DNA of 64,000 nt from Candidatus Magasanikbacteria bacterium CG10_big_fil_rev_8_21_14_0_10_36_32 (GCA_002778465.1 PFBV01000003.1:303766-367765); one strand, 5' to 3'. Shown: positions 18,868 to 28,987, numbered from the stretch's first letter. The notes: generated from the letters alone by a model not told the origin. Program-made: numbers and translations.

Positions 18868-20013
18868 TTAAACGTTTTGTGCCAATGAATACATCGGCAT
18901 TATAACTGCCACAGCGATGCCAGCTACACCTAGACCGAGAGCCAAGATGATTACCGGCTCAATAATGGTAGTGAAATTGTTCATTGTATTTTCCACCTCA
19001 TTATTAAAATATTCAGCTAGTTCGCTTAACATTTTTTCAGTATTTCCCGACTGTTCACCAACCATAATCATTTCAGTTACCATCGGTGGAAAAGTTTCCG
19101 GATAACGCATTAAGATAGTCGACAATGATTCGCCTTGTTTCAGAGATTCAGCAGTTGCCATTACATTTTCTTTAAAGATTACATTGCCGAGAACTTGTGC
19201 GGCAATGCGGGTGGCTTCAATGATTGGAATAGTACTAGCCAACAAAGAAGACAGGGTCAAGGTAAATCTTGCTAAGTTTATTTTTTTAGCCACTGGTCCA
19301 AAAATTGGAATTTTTAAATTTAAAGAATGAATAAATTTTTTAAATTTAGCAAGCTTCATTAAACGGTTGCCCAAAATAATTAATCCAGCAATAATTATAA
19401 TTACCAACCACCAATAATGTTGACCAAATTTTGTTACTCCCATTAAAACTCTGGTGGAAAGCGGCAGATCAACTTTAACTTCTTCAAACATTACCATGAT
19501 TTTTGGTAAAATATAAAAAACCACAAAGATGGCGATACCTACCATAGCGGTTAAAATCACCGATGGATAAATCATGGCACCGCGGATTTTTGAAGTTAAG
19601 CGCTGACTTTTGTTCATTTGATTAGCTACTTGTGTGAGCGCATCCTCCATTTTACCAGCCGATTCACCGGCAGCAATCATACTGACATAAATTGGTGGAA
19701 AAATACTTGGATATTTTGCTAAAACATCGCTAAATTGTTGACCGGACTCAATATCATTTTTTACTTGTTCAATGACATTTCGTAATTTTTTATTTTCTAC
19801 TTCATGAGCTAAAATATTCAGAGACGCAACAATAGACAAGCCGGCCTTAGTCATTATTTGTAAATGATGAATGAAAAGATATTTTTGCATGAAAGGCACC
19901 CTGGTTAGGTGATTTTCTATCCAAGTATTTAGTTTTTGTATAGAACTAACAGAAGCGGCTGGTGCCGTTGTTGGTTCTGTTGTGGTGGAAATTGTATTTT
20001 GTTCATCGGGCAT
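18868..20013 (-). CDS. pilC: Type IV pilus/T2SS platform protein PilC (GspF family)
   Basis: AGESAGKM, KIRGAMIYP, VGEQSG, IEPVII. Confidence 0.93.
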   Translation of the reverse strand: MPDEQNTISTTTEPTTAPAASVSSIQKLNTWIENHLTRVPFMQKYLFIHHLQIMTKAGLSIVASLNILAHEVENKKLRNVIEQVKNDIESGQQFSDVLAKYPSIFPPIYVSMIAAGESAGKMEDALTQVANQMNKSQRLTSKIRGAMIYPSVILTAMVGIAIFVVFYILPKIMVMFEEVKVDLPLSTRVLMGVTKFGQHYWWLVIIIIAGLIILGNRLMKLAKFKKFIHSLNLKIPIFGPVAKKINLARFTLTLSSLLASTIPIIEATRIAAQVLGNVIFKENVMATAESLKQGESLSTILMRYPETFPPMVTEMIMVGEQSGNTEKMLSELAEYFNNEVENTMNNFTTIIEPVIILALGLGVAGIAVAVIMPMYSLAQNV

Positions 20014-20015
20014 AA

Positions 20016-21740
20016 CTAATCTTTAGTTACTCTTAGAATCTCACTAATAGAAGTGATACCCATTTTGGCTTTTATTAAACCATCTTCTGACATTGTCAGC
20101 ATGCCTTTTGAGCGAGCGTGAGCTTTGATATCGTTGGCAGTTGCATGTTCGTTAACTTTTTTGATTAATTCTTGGTCCATTTCTAAAACCTCATAAATAC
20201 CCATACGGCCTTTAAATCCAGTTTGTTTACATTGTGAACAACCTTCGCCTTTATAAAAGGTAATTTGGTCAAACTTTTTTTCTTTGACACTTAAATTCGC
20301 ATATTGTTTAAACAGTGGCAATATTTTTTCAATATCAAAAACTTTGGCCAACTCATCAGCTGAAGCTTTGTCTAAATTAAACTCTTTTTTGCAGTTTTGA
20401 CAGATTTTTCTGACGAGACGCTGAGCAATAATGATATTTACTGTATAAGCAACTAAAAATGGCGGTACACCCATATCAGTTAAACGCGGCAGAGTAGTTG
20501 GTGCGTCGTTGGTGTGAAGAGTGGAAAGTACCAAGTGTCCAGTCATGGCGGCATGGATGGCAATTTCAGCGGTTTCTTGATCGCGGATTTCTCCGACCAT
20601 GATAATATTTGGATCTTGGCGTAGAAAAGCGCGCAGTCCGGAAGCAAAAGTAAATCCAACTTTTGGATTAATTTGGCTTTGATTGATGCCGGCAATATGA
20701 TATTCAATTGGATCTTCAATGGTTGAAATATTTACACCCGGCTGGTTAACCATACCCAAAATTGAATATAAGGTAGTGGTTTTACCTGAACCGGTCGGAC
20801 CAGTAACAAGAATCATTCCTGTTGGTTTTTTAATAGCTGATTCAATAATTGGTTGAACAGCCGGTTGGAAACCCAGTTGTTCTAAAGTTAAAGGTTTTGC
20901 CCCTTCTGGCAAAAGACGCATAACTATTTTTTCTCCATCAAATACAGGGATAATAGAGACACGGAAAGCCACTTTGTCTTCCTGAACTTGGATTTTAAAG
21001 CGTCCGTCTTGGGGAATCATATGTTCATCAAGTTTTAGGTTGGACAAGACTTTGATTCTGGCCACAATGCCGTTTTGTAGATTTTTTGGCAGAGTCATTA
21101 CTGGTCGTAAAATTCCATCAATTCGGTATCGAATATTTAATTCTTTTTCTACGGGTTCAATATGAATATCAGAAGCGCCTTCAAAAATCGCGTGTTCTAA
21201 AATACTGTTAACCACATTAACAATTGGTAATTCTTCAGCAACTTTTTTTAAATCATCACCGCCGCTTCCGCCGGATTTTTCTTGAATTATTTTTAATTCT
21301 TCTTCTAAACCGACACGGTAATGATGAAGGGTGTCGCTTAAATCAGCCGGAGTAGTAATAAAAATTTTTGGTTCTAAACCGGTTTTACGTCGGATAAATT
21401 CAGTTGTTTCCATATCGGTCGGATCAATCATGGCCAACATTATTTCTGAGTTATTTTTATCAAAAGCTACCACATTATGAGTAACTGCCACCGGGTTGGG
21501 GATTAAATCAAAAATATCATGACGGATATCCTTTCCTTTTAAAGCCACAAATTCAGTATCTAGAAATTCGCCGATTTTTTGATAAAGCGATGTTTCGTCA
21601 ATAATGTTTTTATTTATTAGCAATTGAGATAAATTGACGCCAGTTTTTTGTACTTCGTCTTGAATAGCCTTCCATTTTTCCGCATCTGGGCAAATTTTAA
21701 ATTTTGTGACTATTTTTTCCAGTATTTTATTCGGAATCAT
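20016..21740 (-). CDS. pilB: Type IV pilus assembly ATPase PilB (GspE family)
   Basis: ASDIHIEP, GPTGSGKTTT, LRQDPNIIMVGEIRD, zinc CxxC pairs. Confidence 0.94.
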   Translation of the reverse strand: MIPNKILEKIVTKFKICPDAEKWKAIQDEVQKTGVNLSQLLINKNIIDETSLYQKIGEFLDTEFVALKGKDIRHDIFDLIPNPVAVTHNVVAFDKNNSEIMLAMIDPTDMETTEFIRRKTGLEPKIFITTPADLSDTLHHYRVGLEEELKIIQEKSGGSGGDDLKKVAEELPIVNVVNSILEHAIFEGASDIHIEPVEKELNIRYRIDGILRPVMTLPKNLQNGIVARIKVLSNLKLDEHMIPQDGRFKIQVQEDKVAFRVSIIPVFDGEKIVMRLLPEGAKPLTLEQLGFQPAVQPIIESAIKKPTGMILVTGPTGSGKTTTLYSILGMVNQPGVNISTIEDPIEYHIAGINQSQINPKVGFTFASGLRAFLRQDPNIIMVGEIRDQETAEIAIHAAMTGHLVLSTLHTNDAPTTLPRLTDMGVPPFLVAYTVNIIIAQRLVRKICQNCKKEFNLDKASADELAKVFDIEKILPLFKQYANLSVKEKKFDQITFYKGEGCSQCKQTGFKGRMGIYEVLEMDQELIKKVNEHATANDIKAHARSKGMLTMSEDGLIKAKMGITSISEILRVTKD

Positions 21741-21904
21741 ACGCAAAAAATTGACTTAGGGATTATTAAGACTCTTACTATAATTATATCATAACCTTAG
21801 GTTTTTGGCGACAATAGCGGATTAAATGGCCTTGACTTATTTTTACTTTGTGCTATTATATGCATATCTTAAATAATAATAACCAAAAGTAATTAAATTT
21901 ATCT

Positions 21905-22474
21905 ATGAAGAAATACGAATTATTGCTTATTTTACCGGGCACTTTTGATGAACAAGAGGCCAAAAATAAGGTTGAAGAAATTGTTAATATGTTAAAAGAA
22001 TATGCTCAAGATGTGGAAATTAATTCTTTGGGCAAGAATCGTTTAGCTTATCCAATTAGACAAATTAGGTATGGATATTTTTATACCGCGATTTTTAATG
22101 CTGAAATTGATAAATTGTCGGTTATTTATGAAAAATTAAATTTAATGAGAGAATTGTTGCGAGCAATGGTGACACATTTTAATACTAAAGCGGTTGGTAA
22201 TCAAAAAATCACTTATTTTATGGAAGAGGGTGGAATAACTCGCCGTGACGATGAAGAAAGAAAACCAAGAGTTATTATGGATAGAGCAGTAGCATTGGAA
22301 CAGGTCGAAGAACAGGTTGTTGTTCCGACAAAAGAAGAAAATACCGCTCAAGAAGTTGTTGTGGAAGAAGTGAAATTTCCAAAGGTTGCGGCCAACGAAA
22401 AACAAGTTGATTTAAAAGAAATTGATAAAAAATTGGACGAAATTTTATCAGATTCCAGTTCGTTGGATATTTAA
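21905..22474 (+). CDS. rpsF: 30S ribosomal protein S6 with acidic C-terminal extension
   Basis: KYELLLIL, LGKNRLAYPI; rpsF-ssb-rpsR synteny. Confidence 0.93.
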   Translation: MKKYELLLILPGTFDEQEAKNKVEEIVNMLKEYAQDVEINSLGKNRLAYPIRQIRYGYFYTAIFNAEIDKLSVIYEKLNLMRELLRAMVTHFNTKAVGNQKITYFMEEGGITRRDDEERKPRVIMDRAVALEQVEEQVVVPTKEENTAQEVVVEEVKFPKVAANEKQVDLKEIDKKLDEILSDSSSLDI

Positions 22475-22495
22475 TTAAAAAAATAATTTTTATCT

Positions 22496-22945
22496 ATGGA
22501 TTTAAATCGTATCACAATAATTGGCAACATGACACGTGACCCGGAAGTTCGTACCACTCCAAATGGAAAATCTGTTGCTTCTTTTTCTGTCGCCACCAAT
22601 CGTTATTGGACAGACCAAAATGGACAAAAACAAAAAGAAACCGAATTTCACAATGTCGTGTTATGGACTAAGTTGGCTGATGTAGCAGGACAATATTTAC
22701 ACAAAGGCAATAAAATTTATATTGAAGGACGCTTAAGAACTCGTGAATGGACGGCGCAAGACGGAACCAAAAGAACACGAACTGAAATTATCGGAGAAAA
22801 TATGATTATGTTGGGCGGTCGCCCGAGTGGTGCGGTCGGTTCCACTGTCGATTCAAACGGACAAATTCAATCTGCCACCACAAGTGAAAGTGGCCCACAG
22901 GAAGTGATTGAAGAAGAAATAAAAGTTGAAGATATACCTTTTTAA
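22496..22945 (+). CDS. ssb: Single-stranded DNA-binding protein
   Basis: IGNMTRDPEVR, OB fold, C-terminal DIPF. Confidence 0.97.
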   Translation: MDLNRITIIGNMTRDPEVRTTPNGKSVASFSVATNRYWTDQNGQKQKETEFHNVVLWTKLADVAGQYLHKGNKIYIEGRLRTREWTAQDGTKRTRTEIIGENMIMLGGRPSGAVGSTVDSNGQIQSATTSESGPQEVIEEEIKVEDIPF

Positions 22946-22959
22946 AAAAATAATTATCT

Positions 22960-23187
22960 ATGTTAAACAAAACAAAAAATACAAAAGCAAAAGGCTGTCA
23001 TTATTGCATTAATAATAAAGTGGCAGTTGATTATAAAGACATTAATAGTTTGCGTCGATTTGTTTCTTCATATATGAAGATTGCGCCGCGTCGCCGCAGC
23101 GGCTTGTGTGCCAAACATCAACGTCAAGTGTCTTCGGCCATTAAACGAGCCAGACAAGCGGCTTTAATGCCATTTATACCAAAGTAA
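22960..23187 (+). CDS. rpsR: 30S ribosomal protein S18
   Basis: [27 protein letters not shown]. Confidence 0.96.
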   Translation: MLNKTKNTKAKGCHYCINNKVAVDYKDINSLRRFVSSYMKIAPRRRSGLCAKHQRQVSSAIKRARQAALMPFIPK

Positions 23188-23265
23188 TTTGTGGTTTAAT
23201 TGCAAATAAAATCAAACGCGGTACACCGAAAGGTGTATCGTGTGTTGTTTAAACAAGGAATTTAT

Positions 23266-24306
23266 ATGTCTCAATGGTTGGATTTTAAAAAAAATTCACG
23301 CTTGCGTGAGATTTATGAAAAAAGATTGCAAATAACGCGTTTAATTCGCGAATTTTTTTGGGCGCAAAATTTTCAAGAAGTGGAAACTCCAATTGCTCTT
23401 AAAAAACCGGGTCAGGAGCCATATTTAAATCCTATTACAACTTTATTTCATAATCCGCTCGGCAAAAAGCATAAGTTTTATTTACAAACTTCACCAGAGT
23501 TTGCTATGAAAAAATTATTAGCGGCCGGTTGGACAAAAATTTTTCAAATCTGTAAATGTTTTCGTGATTTTGAATCTTTTGGCGGAATTCATAATACCGA
23601 GTTTACTATGATTGAATGGTATAGGTCGCCAGGGAAATTAGAAGATATTATGAATGACATTGAAAAACTTTTTAAATTTATTGCCGGTCAATTGAATATA
23701 CAAGAAGTTGAATATAAAAATAAAAAAATAAATGTAATTGGCGAATGGGAGAGATTGTCTATGCGCGAAGTTTGGCAAAAATTTTTAAATGTGGAATTAA
23801 ATAATTATTTAACCATTGAATCAATTTTAAAATTGGTTCAAAGTCGAGATTGGCAAATTTCTGAAAATGACGCATATGAAGATTTGTTTTATAAAATATT
23901 TTTAAATGAAATTGAACCAAAGTTGGGTTTTGAAAAACCGGTAATGATTTATGATTATCCGGAACAGATGACTTCACTTTCTTGTTTATCAGAAGAAGAT
24001 TCGCGTTATGCCGAGCGTTTTGAATTATATATTGGCGGATTGGAATTGGCCAATGCTTTTGGCGAGTTAACTGATGCTGCTGAACAAAAGAAGCGTTTAG
24101 AAGCCGATAAAGAAAAAAGAAAACAATTGAATAAAGAAATTTGGCCAGTTGATTCTGATTTTATTTTTGCTTTAGAATCTGGAATTCCAAAAGCCGGAGG
24201 AATAGCTTTGGGTGTTGATCGTTTAGTAATGCTTTTTACCGGCGCAAAAGATATTAATGAGGTGATTTTTCAGGCAGTCGGGGACCAGCTTGACCCTATA
24301 AAGTAG
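23266..24306 (+). CDS. epmA: EF-P lysine aminoacylase EpmA (GenX/PoxA)
   Basis: LysRS catalytic domain only: LQTSPEFAMKKLL, HNTEFTMIEWY, ELANAFGEL, GIALGVDRL; lies near efp. Confidence 0.92.
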   Translation: MSQWLDFKKNSRLREIYEKRLQITRLIREFFWAQNFQEVETPIALKKPGQEPYLNPITTLFHNPLGKKHKFYLQTSPEFAMKKLLAAGWTKIFQICKCFRDFESFGGIHNTEFTMIEWYRSPGKLEDIMNDIEKLFKFIAGQLNIQEVEYKNKKINVIGEWERLSMREVWQKFLNVELNNYLTIESILKLVQSRDWQISENDAYEDLFYKIFLNEIEPKLGFEKPVMIYDYPEQMTSLSCLSEEDSRYAERFELYIGGLELANAFGELTDAAEQKKRLEADKEKRKQLNKEIWPVDSDFIFALESGIPKAGGIALGVDRLVMLFTGAKDINEVIFQAVGDQLDPIK

Positions 24307-24325
24307 AACTTCGTTCATTTCAGCG

Positions 24326-24374
24326 TTGACAGAATCATTAAAAAATGTTATCTATTAAACATAGTTCATTAAAA
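24326..24374 (+). promoter_or_regulatory. Sigma70-like promoter and boxA-like motif
   Basis: TTGACA 24326, 17-nt spacer, TGtTATCTA; GTTCATTAAAA 24364-24374. Confidence 0.5.
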
Positions 24375-24377
24375 TAT

Positions 24378-24432
24378 ATTCCCGGCCTTCGTTGGGTTTT
24401 GTTAGAAACAGATTCCAACGAAGGCCGGGAAT
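24378..24432. repeat. Perfect 18-bp inverted repeat (long hairpin)
   Basis: ATTCCCGGCCTTCGTTGG 24378-24395 / CCAACGAAGGCCGGGAAT 24415-24432. Confidence 0.9.
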
Positions 24433-24462
24433 TGTCCCGTCTTCCTTCTGTCCGCGGAGCGG

Positions 24463-25107
24463 TTGGAAGTACTCCCTTTTTGGGAGAAGGACTTTGTGGC
24501 CGGTTTGGTTCGCGCGGCCGTGGAGAACACGTTTTTCACCGCCATCTCGGACAAGGACGCTCCGGCTCGTTTCGCCGACGCAGTCGCCAAGTGGCGCAAG
24601 CTCGCCAGCGACCTCGGCTACACCGGCCCGGTGCTCTGGCAGGTGAAGGCAGGATTCACTCTGAAGAAGCACGCCCCGCTTGCCGGTCCTTGCTATAAGC
24701 GGTTCGGCTATCTGCAGAACTGCTGGTCGCTTCAGAACGACGAGCCGACGGTTGGCTCTATGGTATTCTATATCCCGCGCATCGTCGCGACGGAGAAGAA
24801 CACCGAAGAACAGAAGCAGGCGCTGGCTAAGCTTCGCAAGAAGTACGGCCTGCCCGAGAGCCATCTGTCCTCGTTCGGTTCGGCTGCCTTGGTTTCCGGT
24901 CTTATTCTGGCGCATTTCAAGCGCACGGGCGAGCGCGCTCCGTTCAACAGAAATTGGGTTCGCACCGATACCCTGCGCACGGATGACTACCGGCTCGGTC
25001 TCGGCGACTTTGATGAGGACGGGCTCTACTGCGACCACTGCCGCTGGGGTGACGGCTGCGGCGTTAGTCTCGGGGTCTTTCCTTTGGGGGTGGAGCTGGG
25101 TTTCTAG
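24463..25107 (+). CDS. DGR target-like protein, family B, GC-rich
   Basis: Sharp GC island; C-terminus WVRTDT...RLGLGDFDEDGLYCDHCRWGDGCGVSLGVFPL built largely of NNY codons; TTG start after GGAG. Confidence 0.65.
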   Translation: MEVLPFWEKDFVAGLVRAAVENTFFTAISDKDAPARFADAVAKWRKLASDLGYTGPVLWQVKAGFTLKKHAPLAGPCYKRFGYLQNCWSLQNDEPTVGSMVFYIPRIVATEKNTEEQKQALAKLRKKYGLPESHLSSFGSAALVSGLILAHFKRTGERAPFNRNWVRTDTLRTDDYRLGLGDFDEDGLYCDHCRWGDGCGVSLGVFPLGVELGF

Positions 25108-25218
25108 GTCGCTTAGTTCTTTTTGTTAGTTCTTGGGTCCTTGGCGTTTTGGCGCTTAGGATCCTTTTTTATTTCATTTTTGCGGAGTATAATAGCAGTC
25201 TGTTCATTAATTTTATCT

Positions 25219-25752
25219 ATGGTAAATTTGCGCGAAAAAATCAGCGGGCTTAATTTGTCCGTTGTGGAAGAAGGAGTTATGTATTTTTTTATTTACGGTT
25301 TAATCGGCTGGCTGATTGACACTGTTTTTGAATCAATGATTTTTGACCAATTGTTACCCGGTGGAATGTTCCAAAGTTTCCGGCTGCCGATTCCATTTGC
25401 CCCGATTTACGGCTTTGGTGCTTTGGCAATTATTTATCTGACCAAGCGGTTATGGAATAAATCTTTAATATTATCCGTTCCGTTGGCCGGGATTATAGCG
25501 ACGGCGGTAGAATATTTTGGAGGAATAATAACGGTTGCTTTATTTGGACATCGCGCATGGGATTACAGCGGGAGTTTTTTAAATTTACACGGGCACACTA
25601 ATTTATTTTATGCTATTGCCTGGACATTTCTTGGCTGGAGTTTTATTAAGTTCATTCATCCGCCGGTAGAAAAAATAGTAAAAGTTTTTTTAATGCGTCT
25701 GCGTAAAAATATTGATACGGATATTCTTGACAAGGAAATTAAAATTCGTTAA
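25219..25752 (+). CDS. Putative ABC-transporter permease-like (CmpB-type) membrane protein
   Basis: FFIYGLIGW, PIYGFG, EYFGG, WDYS...NLHG motifs. Confidence 0.75.
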   Translation: MVNLREKISGLNLSVVEEGVMYFFIYGLIGWLIDTVFESMIFDQLLPGGMFQSFRLPIPFAPIYGFGALAIIYLTKRLWNKSLILSVPLAGIIATAVEYFGGIITVALFGHRAWDYSGSFLNLHGHTNLFYAIAWTFLGWSFIKFIHPPVEKIVKVFLMRLRKNIDTDILDKEIKIR

Positions 25753-25786
25753 AATCATATTGCTTTATTATTTAAAATTTTTATTT

Positions 25787-26347
25787 ATGGCTTCTACATC
25801 TGATATCCGCAAAGGAGCGGTGATAAAAAATCAAAATGATTTATATGTAGTGGTTGATTTTCAACATGTAAATCCGGGCAAGGGCGCGGCTTTTGTTCGT
25901 ACTCGTATGAAATCTTTAGCCAATGGAAAAGTAATTGAAAATACTTATAAAAGCGGAGAAAGTTTAGATATTGTTAGTGTTCAGTTTCAGACTATGCAAT
26001 ATTTATACAAAACCGATGGACGCTATGCTTTTATGAATAACCAAACCTATGAACAGATTGAAATGGATGCCGATTTAATTGGTGATGATGCAAAATATTT
26101 AAAAGAAGGGTTAGAATTGGTTGTTGGTTTATATGGAGAACGTCCAGTCAGTGTGCAATTACCGAAAAAAATTCAGTATAAAGTAGTGGAAGCTCCACCG
26201 GCCGTAAAAGGTGACAGCGCTTCCGGCAATGTAACCAAGGAAATTGTTTTAGAAAATGGGTTGCATATTCAAGCACCGATATTTATTAAAGAAGGAGAAG
26301 AAATCTTGGTTAATACGGAAACGGGAGATTATTCCACTAGAGCGTAA
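25787..26347 (+). CDS. efp: Elongation factor P
   Basis: HVNPGKGAAFVR (Lys loop), PAVKGDSA, VNTETGDY. Confidence 0.97.
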   Translation: MASTSDIRKGAVIKNQNDLYVVVDFQHVNPGKGAAFVRTRMKSLANGKVIENTYKSGESLDIVSVQFQTMQYLYKTDGRYAFMNNQTYEQIEMDADLIGDDAKYLKEGLELVVGLYGERPVSVQLPKKIQYKVVEAPPAVKGDSASGNVTKEIVLENGLHIQAPIFIKEGEEILVNTETGDYSTRA

Positions 26348-26376
26348 AAAAATCCCGACTTTGTGTCGGGATTTTT

Positions 26377-26514
26377 TTATTCATCCTCAGAATTGTCTTT
26401 GTCAGGATTTTCTTCCTCATCGTTAACCAAATGAAAACCTTCCATTTCATTTTCTTCTTCTTTTTCATCTTCAAAGTTATCGTTGGAATTCGTTGGGTCA
26501 TCATTAAATTGCAT
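26377..26514 (-). CDS. Small highly acidic protein (45 aa), absent from the ORF track
   Basis: Manual translation MQFNDDPTNSNDNFEDEKEEENEMEGFHLVNDEEENPDKDNSEDE; overlaps the DUF1294 stop and ends at a hairpin shared with efp. Confidence 0.55.
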   Translation of the reverse strand: MQFNDDPTNSNDNFEDEKEEENEMEGFHLVNDEEENPDKDNSEDE

Positions 26515-26806
26515 AATGTGTGATTAAAAAATATACTAAAGTTATTTGTAAAATTAAAATTATCGCCAGCCAAGCCAAAAAACTATTCTTTTGTGTTTTG
26601 TGCCGAAAAAGTTTGATTCCAGTCATGGCGCCGATTGATCCTCCGACCAAAGCCATTATCAAAAGTGTTCGTTCGCTAATTCGCCAAGCTTTGGCGGCAG
26701 ATTTTGCTTTATCCACACCGTAAAAAAAGAAAGTCAGAAAATTAATTACTAGCAAATACCAAGCCAAAACGATGTGTTGTTGATATAACTCTTTAAGATA
26801 TTCCAT
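26504..26806 (-). CDS. DUF1294 family membrane protein
   Basis: YGVDKAKS..AWRISERTL...GGSIGA....FRHKTQK. Confidence 0.9.
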   Translation of the reverse strand: MEYLKELYQQHIVLAWYLLVINFLTFFFYGVDKAKSAAKAWRISERTLLIMALVGGSIGAMTGIKLFRHKTQKNSFLAWLAIILILQITLVYFLITHYAI

Positions 26807-26989
26807 ATAGATTAAGTATACTAAAATACAAAATAAATCTCAACAGCCATTGACTTTTTTATAAAAACCTATTACAATGTTTATTGTTTTGTGGATATCA
26901 TATATTCAATTACGGGTATTACATATGGCATGGCATATAATACCCCTCGTTCGGAAAAGTGATAGTTTTACTCTCCCTTTTCGCTCACT

Positions 26990-27061
26990 GCGGGTATCAT
27001 ATAACGGCTATTATCCCAGTTTTCCAAACTGGTGACACGGGTTCGACTCCCGTTACCCGCT
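26990..27061 (+). tRNA. tRNA-Gly(TCC)
   Basis: GCGGGTA/TACCCGC acceptor, anticodon arm CCAGT-TTTCCAA-ACTGG. Confidence 0.92.
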
Positions 27062-27139
27062 CAAGTTTTAAAAGCAGAGTTCATACTCTGTTTTTTGTAT
27101 TTTAGATTAACGAAGATATATCCGCAGATAAATGATAAT

Positions 27140-27174
27140 TTGACAAGATATAGTTATGGGTGTATACTCATAAC
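27140..27174 (+). promoter_or_regulatory. Sigma70 promoter with a palindromic operator over the -10 box
   Basis: TTGACA 27140, 17-nt spacer, TATACT 27163; GTTATG-N10-CATAAC 27153-27174. Confidence 0.7.
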
Positions 27175-27232
27175 AGGTAATATGAAAAAGGTCGGATTAC
27201 CAGTTATTATTAAAATAATGATGAATAAATAT

Positions 27233-27493
27233 ATGCCGAGTATGAATAAAACAGGTCCAATGGGGCGGGGTGCTATGACTGGTCGTGGTTTAGGTCCCTG
27301 CGGCGGAGGAATGACTTGTGTCCGTCGGAGAAGTGGCTGTGGATTAGGCTGGAGAAAATTTTGGGGATATGATTTTACTCCGATTCTTTCCAAAAAAGAT
27401 GAAACTGAAATGCTTTCAGAAGAAACGAAAATATTGGAAGAAGAACTGAAGAATATCAAATCTCGCTTAGCCGAAATTAAGGATCAAAAATAA
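27233..27493 (+). CDS. DUF5320-like protein
   Basis: MPxxxxTGPMGRGAMTGRGLGPCG N-terminus and C-terminal coiled coil. Confidence 0.8.
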   Translation: MPSMNKTGPMGRGAMTGRGLGPCGGGMTCVRRRSGCGLGWRKFWGYDFTPILSKKDETEMLSEETKILEEELKNIKSRLAEIKDQK

Positions 27494-27561
27494 AAAGTTA
27501 AGTGTCACTCGTATCATTTGGTATAAGTGATATTTAATTTAATATTAATAAAAATAATAAT

Positions 27562-27846
27562 ATGTTGTCAAAAATACCAATAAATTTAGATGGTATTGAT
27601 AAAAAAATTTTAGACATAGAAATATTAAGAGTTGGAATAATAGCGGAATTAGATGCAATAAATTTGTATGAGCAAATGGCTGTAATGGCGCAAGATAAAA
27701 ATATTAAAATAATGCTTTTGAATATTGCTAAAGAGGAAAAAACTCATGTAGGAGAGTTTCAGACATTGTTGTTGAATAGAGACAAAGAACAAACCATTGA
27801 AATGGAAACCGGTAAAGAGGAAGTTAAAAAAGAGGTTGGTGAATAA
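27562..27846 (+). CDS. Ferritin-like (rubrerythrin-type) protein
   Basis: AELDAINLYEQ...IAKEEKTHVGEF di-iron motif. Confidence 0.85.
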   Translation: MLSKIPINLDGIDKKILDIEILRVGIIAELDAINLYEQMAVMAQDKNIKIMLLNIAKEEKTHVGEFQTLLLNRDKEQTIEMETGKEEVKKEVGE

Positions 27847-27887
27847 ATTAAAATATATTTTTTATAATTAAAATTTAATAATAAATT

Positions 27888-28613
27888 ATGAGTTTAAATA
27901 ACAAAGTTGTTATTGTAACCGGATCGACATTGGGTATTGGCAAAGGAATTGCCGAAAAATTTATTGATGCCGGCGCAAAAGTTGTTTTTTCCGATATAAA
28001 TGGCGATGATTCTTTAGTTTCAAAATTTGGGAAAAATGCCATATTTGTAAAATGCGACGTATCCAAAAAAGAAGAAGTTGATAATTTAATCAATCAAGCC
28101 GTTACACATTTTGGACAGTTGGATATATTAGTTAATAATGCTGGTATTTATCCCTTTGTTTCTTTTGTGAAAATGACTGAAGTTGATTGGGATCGGGTCA
28201 TGTCTGTTAATTTAAAAAGCATTTTTTTATGTTCTCAAGCCGCAATTAAAGCAATGCCGGAAGGTGGAAGAATAATTAATATTTCTTCAATTGCGTCCTT
28301 TGTTGGTTTTGCCGGTTTAGTTCATTACTGCGCTTCAAAAGGCGGAATCAGTGCTATGATTAGAGCATTAGCTTTGGAGTTGGCAGATAGAAGAATTACG
28401 GTTAATGCCGTTGCTCCAGGCGCGATTGAAACTCCGGGTGCCAGTCAATTCATAACTGATGAATCAAAAAAACAAACCATAGCTATGATACCGTTATTGC
28501 GCATGGGACAGCCGGAAGACATTGTTGGAGCAGTTATTTTTTTGGCTTCTGATCAAGCTGGTTATATTACCGGCCAGACTATCATAGTTGATGGCGGATG
28601 GACATTAAGATAA
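27888..28613 (+). CDS. Short-chain dehydrogenase/reductase
   Basis: TGSTLGIG, VNNAG, YCASKGG. Confidence 0.92.
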   Translation: MSLNNKVVIVTGSTLGIGKGIAEKFIDAGAKVVFSDINGDDSLVSKFGKNAIFVKCDVSKKEEVDNLINQAVTHFGQLDILVNNAGIYPFVSFVKMTEVDWDRVMSVNLKSIFLCSQAAIKAMPEGGRIINISSIASFVGFAGLVHYCASKGGISAMIRALALELADRRITVNAVAPGAIETPGASQFITDESKKQTIAMIPLLRMGQPEDIVGAVIFLASDQAGYITGQTIIVDGGWTLR

Positions 28614-28649
28614 TCTTGATTTTTTTAATTTAAAATAATTAATAAAAAT

Positions 28650-28982
28650 ATGAAAATAGCAATAAGTTCTACCGGAAAAAATATTGATAGCAATATTTCA
28701 GATATTTTTGGCAGATGCCCATATTTTATTATTGTTGAAATTAAAAACGGAAAAACAGGAAAGGTTGAGGTAATAAAAAATAATAACGCTGATCATGTAA
28801 GTGGAGCCGGTATTTTTGTCGCGCAATTATTGGCGGAAAAAAATGTTAATGCGGTAATAACAGGTAATGTAGGGCCGAGAGCTGTGGATATTTTAAAACA
28901 GTTTAATATTGATGTGTATAATGAAAAAGGTGTGGTCAAAAGTATTTTGCAAGAATTTATTAATAAAAAATTTAAACAATAA
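28650..28982 (+). CDS. NifB/NifX-family metal-cluster-binding protein
   Basis: MKIAIS...FGRCPYF...GNVGPRA. Confidence 0.87.
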   Translation: MKIAISSTGKNIDSNISDIFGRCPYFIIVEIKNGKTGKVEVIKNNNADHVSGAGIFVAQLLAEKNVNAVITGNVGPRAVDILKQFNIDVYNEKGVVKSILQEFINKKFKQ

Positions 28983-28987
28983 ATTAT

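Noticed and set aside
27032-27232. Long N-terminal extension of the DUF5320 ORF, and ORFs 1553..1735 and 35301..35507
   Set aside because: They overlap tRNA genes or promoters and are ORF-caller artefacts.
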